A program made the position numbers and the translations under genes. DNA of 64,000 bases from a virus, in the IMG/VR virus record IMGVR_UViG_3300032116_000033, positions 70,894-134,893 of that record. The stretch is one strand, 5' to 3'. This document shows, one piece after another, positions 51,516 through 59,537 of the stretch. The notes beneath the pieces are model-generated. The model was not told the DNA's origin. It ran no database searches and saw only the letters and a list, made by a program, of their open reading frames with translations. Each line of letters starts with the position of its first letter. The first letter of the stretch is position 1.

Positions 51516-52016
51516 TCAGATCAGGTCGCGAAGGTGCTCAGGCACCAGGTCCGCGTTGATCGTAGGCTTGGGCTTCGACTCGGCGGCGACCGCGGCCAGG
51601 CGCTCGGCGATGGCGGCGTCCACCTTGGCGATGCCTTCGTCGTTGCCGACCGACTCGAGGTGCTTGCGAAGCGTCCTGAGTTCCTTGACCACAGGATCGC
51701 TCACGCCCTGCCGAGAGCCAGGGTTCTTGGCCTCATACTTCGCCCCACCGTTGAGCTCCTTGCTCTTGTTCCACCAGTTGGTCACCATACCCATCACGTA
51801 CTTGCTGATCAGGTTCTCCTTGGTGGTCGCATACTTCGCCCTGGCGTCGGCGCTCAGCTCCACTTGGCCCTCGATCATAGCGTCGGCGACCAGCTCCGCT
51901 ACCCGACGCTTGTCCTCTCGGGTGGCATACGACTTGACGTCTCGCCCCGCCTCGAAGCGGTCACTCAGGACAGACTTGGTGAAGCTTACGACTGCTTGGT
52001 GTTGTGACATACTCAT
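51516..52016 (-). CDS. Early protein, paralogue 2
   Basis: Same GGAGTGTTATC RBS region and C-terminal half as 49964. Confidence 0.8.
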   Translation of the reverse strand: MSMSQHQAVVSFTKSVLSDRFEAGRDVKSYATREDKRRVAELVADAMIEGQVELSADARAKYATTKENLISKYVMGMVTNWWNKSKELNGGAKYEAKNPGSRQGVSDPVVKELRTLRKHLESVGNDEGIAKVDAAIAERLAAVAAESKPKPTINADLVPEHLRDLI

Positions 52017-52261
52017 GGATAACACTCCTTAAGTTGTTGTATATACTTAGCTTCGGTTTCTATCGCTTGCCCTCAGAGGTTAGCCGATCAGCCAGACCAC
52101 GTTGCCCACACAGTCCTCACCTACCCACTTCGTCTGGTAGTCGTGGATGATCAGGTACTCGATCCGGTTCTTCCATCGGTTGTGGTGCACGTTCAGGACA
52201 GTGACCTTCTCGTTTCGGTATACGGTCTCGCCTCGCATGCTGTACCTCCGTTGTGTATGTC

Positions 52262-52270
52262 TAGGATCGG
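52262..52270 (-). promoter_or_regulatory. Representative copy of the recurring CCGAWNCTA upstream motif
   Basis: About a dozen copies, mostly about 25-60 nt upstream of minus-strand starts (see findings). Confidence 0.65.
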
Positions 52271-52730
52271 TGAGGCTTCGGAACATACCCGCTAGCCTCT
52301 CACTTACAAGGGATCCCTAGTTTTGGTAGTGGTACATGCGGCCAAAACTCTCTGTACCGGGGGAACATCTAACTTTTAGGCCCCGGGCCCACAGCTACCC
52401 GCCGGCCTCTCCGCAAAAGTGAGGTACCGGTACGCTCAGGAGCATAGCCCAGCATATCAGAGGACAGTCTCGCTTCGCTGACAACCCTCATCCTAACCAT
52501 CGTGACCGCAAAAAATCTGTACAGTGCGCCGAACGCGTCAGACACGATCAATCTCCTTGAGCGCCAATATAGACGACCACATGCCGCTGTGGTATCCAAG
52601 CACCTTGAGCCTGTACAGCGTGGCCGCAAGCCTTAAGGCGCGCAGCTTCTCTGTAAAGCTGTAGATATCGGCGTGCGGCTCGTGCATCAAGAGCGGTTAC
52701 CTCCAGCGAGCAATAGACTGTGACTGCTCG

Positions 52731-53375
52731 CTAGAGCGAGATCGCATAGTCTAGGTCAACGCTGATCTTAGGCCGCTCTGCAGCGAGCACGTACTCGTTG
52801 ACGGCGGCTGTTAGCTGTTCTATGTTGTCGCCGGTCCGGCGAAAGCGGCGCATGGCCTGCTTGAGGTGTATGCACCCAGCGTCGGCGCCGAGCTCGTGCT
52901 CCCGCATCTCGTCGCCTGGCTGGTAGCCGATGATCTCCGCGCTGTCCGAAGGTGCCGATAGTCCGTTCATCATAGCGGTCATCTTGCCGTTGGCCCTGGA
53001 GATGAGTATGGCCTGGTCAGGCGTCAGCACGGCTTCGTTGTCGAGCTTGTTGCGGTTGCACTGCATACACAGCGGCACGGCGTTGTTTATTCTGCGGGAG
53101 GTGTCTGCACACGTGAGGATGAAGTTTCCGCCCTTGGACTTCGGGATCCAGAAGTGGTCGAGCTCGAGGCCGTCCCTGTCGACGCCGCACATCCCGCATC
53201 TGCAGTCGTATGTTCTGAGCAGCGTCAGAAGCCACCTACTGCGATAGTAGCGCTCTTCTGAGTTGTTGCGCTTGTAGTCGCGGGCTTCTATGAAGAACTT
53301 CTGCGGATTGGTCGAAGGCATCCTTCCGCATATCACGGATAAGTTGTGCGATCGTCTTTCGTGAAGCGTCAGCAT
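52731..53375 (-). CDS. HNH endonuclease
   Basis: C..C, LELDHFWIPKSKGG, N.VPLC..CN..K. Confidence 0.8.
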   Translation of the reverse strand: MLTLHERRSHNLSVICGRMPSTNPQKFFIEARDYKRNNSEERYYRSRWLLTLLRTYDCRCGMCGVDRDGLELDHFWIPKSKGGNFILTCADTSRRINNAVPLCMQCNRNKLDNEAVLTPDQAILISRANGKMTAMMNGLSAPSDSAEIIGYQPGDEMREHELGADAGCIHLKQAMRRFRRTGDNIEQLTAAVNEYVLAAERPKISVDLDYAISL

Positions 53376-53426
53376 GGTTAAACACTTATTTTGTTTGATA
53401 AAAAACGATAAATATCGACTTAAAAA

Positions 53427-53969
53427 TCAAACCATCAAGAACAGTCTTCGCTCTGCCTCGCGTCGTCTAGTGAGGCCAGGCAAAACTTGACCTTGTGCCT
53501 TGTTCCACTTAAGAAACTCTTCTGCAGCCAGTCGCGGTTGGTTTCCGTTGACGAACCTAAGGAGAGACGAGTTCTTCAAGTTACCGGTGCCGCAGTTGTA
53601 GGCGAAGCTGACTAATGCCGCAAACTGGTTGTCGGTTACCTTTACCTTAAGAAGCTTCTCTACGGCGCTGCAGAACTGCAGAAGATCCTGCTCCTTGCGC
53701 AGGTCGCACTGCTCCTGTGTCCACCTTGTCCCGGGTCCGATCTGGGTGGGTTTTCCGTCGGGCGTAAGGTTGAAGAAATCTGGCCCTGTCGATCCCCAGC
53801 CTATGGTCCACGGGGCACCGGAAAGCATCTGCCAGTCTTCTTTGCGCATGTTCTCTGTCTTTCGAAGCTCTCGCCCAAGCGGAGACCCAGGATCAGGATA
53901 TGCTTCTAGCTTGCAGCCTTCAAACGCTTTTATCAGCGCGATCCCTGCTACGTTCAACTTTCTTGTCAT
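53427..53969 (-). CDS. Endolysin, GH24 phage lysozyme
   Basis: LIK.FEG..L.AY.D, WTIGWG.T, QF.ALVSFAYN.G, GL.RRREAER.LF. Confidence 0.9.
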   Translation of the reverse strand: MTRKLNVAGIALIKAFEGCKLEAYPDPGSPLGRELRKTENMRKEDWQMLSGAPWTIGWGSTGPDFFNLTPDGKPTQIGPGTRWTQEQCDLRKEQDLLQFCSAVEKLLKVKVTDNQFAALVSFAYNCGTGNLKNSSLLRFVNGNQPRLAAEEFLKWNKAQGQVLPGLTRRREAERRLFLMV

Positions 53970-54349
53970 TTGTCTCTCTCCAGTATATCTCTATTATGGT
54001 TTCGTATGCTATAAGCTTAAGAGCACACAGCGTATGGTAAAAGTTAATTCTAAGATTTCTGCCTGTCACCTGCTATCTCTTCTTGTATAAGGATATCTGC
54101 AAGAATTTCTCCTGCAATCTTCTTATACTTATCGTTCATATCTGCCGTATCAGCCCCGCATACGGCGTCTATGCAGCCAAGCCATCCTCTTTCGTCTGGC
54201 CTTTTTTTTAGTCTTGCAAGCGGACATATCTTGCAGGACTTCTCGTCGAGCTCTTCGCACTCACCCTTGTTCGCTATTGTCTCTAGTATATGTTTTGAGT
54301 CCATGCTGCAGGGTCCAGTATAATTGAATTAGCACCATAGGAGTATTTT

Positions 54350-55168
54350 ATGTCGGGCACTATGTCAAAACCAAACGGGATCTTTACACCCAGCGACACT
54401 TCAACGAGTCCGATGTTTCCTTTGAACTTGCCCGATCCTTCTTCGTACAAGCAGAACTTCGATCAGCTGCTGCAAAGACGTGGCATAAAATTTAAACATT
54501 ACAAAGCCTTACCATGCCCAAACATCAAACTACTAGACGACAACTCCCACGATCCCACTTGTATACACTGCGACGGATCAGGGATCATTTACTATGAGCC
54601 CAGGGATATAGTGGGCGTATTTAGCTCTAACTCAGTAGAGAAGCAGTTTGAGTATCAGGGTGCCTGGGAGATAGGCAGTGCCATGGTCACTATGCCTTCT
54701 GAGTACGACAACGGAGATCAGGCAGATTTTACTCTATACGATAAACTCGAGGTACTCGACTACACTGTCAGACTGTGGGAGCTCAAAGAATACGAGCCTC
54801 GCCCAGACAGCAAGCAGCAACTCAGATATCCCATAGAGAAGGTCGGATTCCTGATAACGGTGTCAGGAAGTCAGATGAAAGAATATGTTCAAGGTGTTGA
54901 TTTTACTATAGATGATGGTCAGATAAAGTGGGTAGAAGGAAAGACTCCTTCTTATGATTACAGCAATGACATGGGGCAAACTTACTCCGTGTCATACTGG
55001 GCAAATCCTGTGTTTATAGTTCTGCAGCCGATGCGCGAGCTTAGGGTCACGCAGCAGATGCTTCCCGATGGTACAAAGATATCAGTTAGATTGCCTCAGC
55101 AACTTGTTATAAAGAGAGACTTTTTAGTAAACAAACCTGAAAAACTGGTAGCCGGTATCGGAAGTTAA
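54350..55168 (+). CDS. Probable head-completion/neck protein
   Basis: CP...C..C.G.G..Y pattern; first gene of the structural module. Confidence 0.55.
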   Translation: MSGTMSKPNGIFTPSDTSTSPMFPLNLPDPSSYKQNFDQLLQRRGIKFKHYKALPCPNIKLLDDNSHDPTCIHCDGSGIIYYEPRDIVGVFSSNSVEKQFEYQGAWEIGSAMVTMPSEYDNGDQADFTLYDKLEVLDYTVRLWELKEYEPRPDSKQQLRYPIEKVGFLITVSGSQMKEYVQGVDFTIDDGQIKWVEGKTPSYDYSNDMGQTYSVSYWANPVFIVLQPMRELRVTQQMLPDGTKISVRLPQQLVIKRDFLVNKPEKLVAGIGS

Positions 55169-55207
55169 CTTATCTCCCTTATATAATGGCTTAAGAGGTT
55201 GTAAGAT

Positions 55208-55822
55208 ATGCCAGCGTTCGTTTACAAGAAAAACATCAAATGCTACAAGTGCGAATGCACCGAGTGCGGCGTCGACAGGGGATTTCAGCCTCTTAGAAAC
55301 TTAAACAAAAAATGTGTAAAATGCAGCAACAAAAGCCGTGGACCTAAAAGCGAGTCATTTAAGCAAAAGATCTCTGCTAAGATGAAAGGCAACAAGAACA
55401 GCGCTAAGCCAGAGCCAACACCTGAGCAGATTAGATCAAGAAAATCAAGATACAATAAAAAAGCGCACACAAGAAACAAAGATAGATACAAAAACGACAT
55501 TGAATTTAGGTTAAGATGCGTTCTTCGCAGTAGACTGAAAGTAGCTATACAAAACAACTATAAAAATGGTTCTGCTGTAAAAGATCTTGGATGCTCTATC
55601 TCTGAGTTTAGGACCTATATGGAATCTAAGTTTCAACCGGGTATGACATGGGAAAACTGGTCACTGACAGGCTGGCACTTGGATCATATAGTGCCGCTCT
55701 CTGCTTTTGATCTAAGCGATCGAGAAGAGCTCGTTAAAGCATGTCATTACGCCAATCTACAGCCAATGTGGGCAAAAGACAACATCAGCAAAGGAGGCGC
55801 ACATGCCGGCGTTCGCCTCTAA
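55208..55822 (+). CDS. HNH homing-type endonuclease (same family as 15414 and 11906)
   Basis: LRSRL, LGCSI, GMTWEN, WHLDHI.P, ACHY.NLQPMW; AT-rich. Confidence 0.85.
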   Translation: MPAFVYKKNIKCYKCECTECGVDRGFQPLRNLNKKCVKCSNKSRGPKSESFKQKISAKMKGNKNSAKPEPTPEQIRSRKSRYNKKAHTRNKDRYKNDIEFRLRCVLRSRLKVAIQNNYKNGSAVKDLGCSISEFRTYMESKFQPGMTWENWSLTGWHLDHIVPLSAFDLSDREELVKACHYANLQPMWAKDNISKGGAHAGVRL

Positions 55823-57302
55823 GAAACAGTACCGTATGATGATGGCAATACTGCACGGCAAGTCTGGAACGACTGCCCGCGGAGACAGTGGGCCGCCAAA
55901 GTCTGTTGCCGAGAAGTACACAGGAAAAGAGAAGGGCTTGCCAGACGACAAGGGCAAGGCTCATCGCGGCGGCAAGTGGGATGAAAAAGCTCATAAGCGT
56001 CACTCAGACAAAGGTCGCAAGCTCAGCAAAAGCAGTAACAGCAAAACCACAGCCGTAGTTGTAGTCAACGACAAAGGTCAGCTCCTGATGGGCAGACAGA
56101 TAGACGAAGAATACAGATGGTCTTTTCCTGGCGGCCACTTAGACGAGGGAGAATCCTACGAGCAAGGGGCACTTCGCGAACTCAAGGAAGAGACTGGTTT
56201 GATCATCGATGCAGATAAGCTTTCGATTTTACACGAAAGCGACGATCAAAAAGTATACATCGCACGATTAAGCAACACTCCTGGTTTTCACTCGACATCC
56301 GAGCTGTCAGATGTTGGTTTTTATGACTTAGACGCAATAGATTTCAACAAGTTGCGCGCCTGCTGTGTAGAGACCATGATGCACTATCTTAAAGGTGGTC
56401 TAAAAAAGAGTAAACGATCTATAAGCGACCTCATGAAGATAGAGCAACTTGAGGTATTGTCCAAGAACATCATACGCACAGGTCAAGTAGCAGACGCGGT
56501 CTATGAGTTTCGCCACGGTGACGCTATAAGGCTTGTCGGCAACGGTGTGTTCAGGATGCTCAAGCGAGGCGTCGACGGCATGGGCGACGACGACATCAGA
56601 GACATACCGTTTGGCAGCTACACTTTACACGTCAGAAAGCACGCCAACGACATCTACTCTGGCAGGATCGACGACGGTTTAAAAACGATACACCAGTTCG
56701 TCAACCGCTCGCTTCCTTCTCTGACAGGCGAGCTTATGAGTGTTTTCGAGTGGTACAACGACGACGAGCATGAACTCGAGATACACGAAGACAGCGACCT
56801 AAGCGACGACACCATAAGCGATGCTGTCACTAAGATGGTCCACAACTATAGAAGCTACAACATAGCCGACATCTACGACGAGATGGAGTCTATACGAAGC
56901 GAGATCCGCCACGGCAACGCAGTCGATCTGCAGCAAGCAGAGCAGCGTATCATGAGCCTTTTCGACAAGCTCGAAGAACGCATGGACATCTTCAGAGACA
57001 AACACAACTCACTGGCTCAGCGGGCCGGAGAAGAGATCGACGAGATCGAGGAAAAGCTTCTTGCTCTTCAGGCTAAGATCGACGAGATGTCTAAGAAGCC
57101 GTCTAAGATGGAGGCTTTCTCTGCAGATCCGCCGAACCCATCAAAGATCATCGAAGAGTACTACGAGTACCTGTCGCGTCCTAGAGTTCTTATAAAGCCA
57201 AACGGCCACATAATCATAGACTTCGGCGCCGACTGGACAAGCGACGACAAGACCAATTTCCTTACCGACATGAGAGCGAAGGCACTCAAGGACAGCAGAT
57301 GA
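55803..57302 (+). CDS. Multidomain protein with a Nudix hydrolase domain in the structural module
   Basis: FPGGHLDEGESYEQGALRELKEETG Nudix box; coiled-coil C-terminal region. Confidence 0.75.
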   Translation: MPAFASKKQYRMMMAILHGKSGTTARGDSGPPKSVAEKYTGKEKGLPDDKGKAHRGGKWDEKAHKRHSDKGRKLSKSSNSKTTAVVVVNDKGQLLMGRQIDEEYRWSFPGGHLDEGESYEQGALRELKEETGLIIDADKLSILHESDDQKVYIARLSNTPGFHSTSELSDVGFYDLDAIDFNKLRACCVETMMHYLKGGLKKSKRSISDLMKIEQLEVLSKNIIRTGQVADAVYEFRHGDAIRLVGNGVFRMLKRGVDGMGDDDIRDIPFGSYTLHVRKHANDIYSGRIDDGLKTIHQFVNRSLPSLTGELMSVFEWYNDDEHELEIHEDSDLSDDTISDAVTKMVHNYRSYNIADIYDEMESIRSEIRHGNAVDLQQAEQRIMSLFDKLEERMDIFRDKHNSLAQRAGEEIDEIEEKLLALQAKIDEMSKKPSKMEAFSADPPNPSKIIEEYYEYLSRPRVLIKPNGHIIIDFGADWTSDDKTNFLTDMRAKALKDSR

Positions 57303-58000
57303 TCTCGCACAGAATCAACGGCCTTCGTCAGTATCTGCAATCTATGGGGCTTAGACCTTCTGAGGCAGACGATGTCTGTCGAAGTGCCATGCAAGAGATA
57401 GGCGACAGGATGAGGCTCATAGTAGAGTCTGCGGTGTCGGACGCCGAGAGTCAGGGTGTCGCAATGGGGGCAGACGAGTTTCTCTCTCAGATAAAGCTTG
57501 ATGCAGACTCAGGTTACGTTCAGATCTCGACCGACTCAGGCGAGCTTGACTTCAGCCTTCCTCCTACGCCGATGCTGCCGTGGCTCCTCAAGAACGCCAA
57601 GATCGCAAAAGATGGCTCTAGGTACAAGATCATACCGATCGGTGCAGCAGGAACCCAGAAGCCCAAACCTGCCGCAAAGGACATCGCTGCCGGCCTCAAC
57701 GCCATATCCTCAGAGGGATCCAGCGTTGAGAACATGGCTCAGCAGATGGCTCAGGCGTTTACAGCAGGTGCGCTCAAGCAATCTCCCACAAGACAGGAGC
57801 CTAGAGCTGCGGGCGAGGTGAGCTTCCGAGTTGCATCAGACAAGCAGGACCCGACCAGGCAGTGGGTTGCGCCAGCCAAGGACCTTGATCTTACTGGGAT
57901 GATAATGGACATCAACAGCAAGATACGGCAGGACATCGACAGAGCCTGCGACGACATCTTACTCAAATATCAACTGGAGGCAGAATCATGGCGTTCGTGA
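57299..58000 (+). CDS. Putative neck/virion protein
   Basis: Position; Y.IIP and FRV.S.K motifs. Confidence 0.5.
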   Translation: MISHRINGLRQYLQSMGLRPSEADDVCRSAMQEIGDRMRLIVESAVSDAESQGVAMGADEFLSQIKLDADSGYVQISTDSGELDFSLPPTPMLPWLLKNAKIAKDGSRYKIIPIGAAGTQKPKPAAKDIAAGLNAISSEGSSVENMAQQMAQAFTAGALKQSPTRQEPRAAGEVSFRVASDKQDPTRQWVAPAKDLDLTGMIMDINSKIRQDIDRACDDILLKYQLEAESWRS

Positions 58001-58611
58001 TGCCAGAGATAGCGGTGCAGCGACTACTGCAGTACGGCATACAAGAGCTCAGGAAGGATAAGCCTGCCTTCGAGGAGATATTCGCCTATCAGATCGATCA
58101 CCCTCTGGTGGAGGACGCGTACGGTCAAGAGTACGTCGACAAGATCTGGACCTGGTTCACCACAGAGCGTATCAGGGTGGTTCAGGCGTGGATATTGAGC
58201 CCGCAGACAGTGCCGTGCTTCAGCATACATCTCTCTAACGAGAACGAGGACGAGTCCAAGGCCGCCATAGGCGATTTCTACGGCGAGGGAGAAGACGGAG
58301 ACATAGGCATCAATGCCTTCAGCACGCTCGTAGACATAGGCATACACGGCAGCAAGGCCGCAGATCAGGTCCTGTGGATGTACTACATAGCTTCTTATGT
58401 GCTTTTTAAGTATAAGCAGGTTGCCAGAAGCTTGGGCATCGAGATTCAGACCTACAGCGCGTCTGACTGGCAGAAAGACTCCTCCAAGATGCCTGAGAAC
58501 ATCTGGACCAGGTGGATGAGGATGCGGTGTACCGTGTTCAACACCTGGGGCGCAGACGAGTATCAGACCATAACTGACGTAGAGACAGAGACTACACCAG
58601 AAAACGCGTGA
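57988..58611 (+). CDS. Putative tail completion protein
   Basis: Position upstream of the sheath; P...I.L..E.E motif. Confidence 0.5.
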   Translation: MAFVMPEIAVQRLLQYGIQELRKDKPAFEEIFAYQIDHPLVEDAYGQEYVDKIWTWFTTERIRVVQAWILSPQTVPCFSIHLSNENEDESKAAIGDFYGEGEDGDIGINAFSTLVDIGIHGSKAADQVLWMYYIASYVLFKYKQVARSLGIEIQTYSASDWQKDSSKMPENIWTRWMRMRCTVFNTWGADEYQTITDVETETTPENA

Positions 58612-58618
58612 GGTATTT

Positions 58619-58876
58619 ATGGCAAAAAAGAACAGTGAAAACATCGACATGAAATCTATAAAAGAGTACGAGCGAGCGATGCGCTCGAAGGCTGTTCAGC
58701 CAAGCGAGGAGAAGGTCGAGTTCGACTCATGGTGGGCAACGAGATCGCCTGTCTTGAACCAACCTAACCACCTAAAAGAGATCCTGAAGGCAGACGCCAA
58801 GGCTAGAGGGCTCGGTAAAGAAGAGACCCTAGATCGCTGGGACTGGGCGGCAAGACAGTTCGGTCTAACTCTTTAA
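58619..58876 (+). CDS. Hypothetical protein
   Basis: GAGG RBS; in the structural operon. Confidence 0.6.
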   Translation: MAKKNSENIDMKSIKEYERAMRSKAVQPSEEKVEFDSWWATRSPVLNQPNHLKEILKADAKARGLGKEETLDRWDWAARQFGLTL

Positions 58877-58877
58877 G

Positions 58878-59525
58878 ATGCCTAAGCAAACTTTCACATG
58901 CTCAGGGTGTGGCGTAGATGTCGAGAAGTATACATCGCAGTTAACCAGGACAGACGTTGTGTTTTGCACCTTGTCTTGCAGGAACAGGCGGTACAAGAAC
59001 GTTGTGCCTGATTGGCATCCGCCTAACTACAAAGAATACAACCACATATGCAGCGTATGCGGGTGTGAGTTTACGACAAACGGGTCAAGCTTTAAGGCAA
59101 GTACCAGGACAGTGTGCGGTGCCGTGTGCAGAGGAAGGATCGCCAGAAAGGGTGCCATCCTATCAGACAGCACGAAGGCTAAATTGTCAGAAGCTGCCGC
59201 TAGGCAGAACAAGAAATATAAAAGCGATATCGAGTACATGCGCAAAGACGGCCTGCAGGTGTTCATGAAAAGCAGATGGGAGGCATCGTACGCCAGGTGG
59301 CTCGATGAGTCAAATATAGCGTGGACGTACGAGCCAGAGTTTAAACTTAGCAATGGAAAAATATACTTACCAGATTTTTTGCTAGAAGACGGAAGCGTGG
59401 TTGAGATAAAAGGATATTTCAGGCCAGATGCTAAGGTAAAATGGGATATGTTCTGCGAAGAGTATCCGAATATCAAAAAGAGTTTACTGCAGAAAAACGA
59501 GTTAAAAGAGCTGGGAATCATATAA
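58878..59525 (+). CDS. PD-(D/E)xK homing-type endonuclease with Zn fingers
   Basis: SRWE...A.WLD...I.W.YEP, YLPDF, VEIKG. Confidence 0.8.
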   Translation: MPKQTFTCSGCGVDVEKYTSQLTRTDVVFCTLSCRNRRYKNVVPDWHPPNYKEYNHICSVCGCEFTTNGSSFKASTRTVCGAVCRGRIARKGAILSDSTKAKLSEAAARQNKKYKSDIEYMRKDGLQVFMKSRWEASYARWLDESNIAWTYEPEFKLSNGKIYLPDFLLEDGSVVEIKGYFRPDAKVKWDMFCEEYPNIKKSLLQKNELKELGII

Positions 59526-59537
59526 GAAGGAGCAGCC

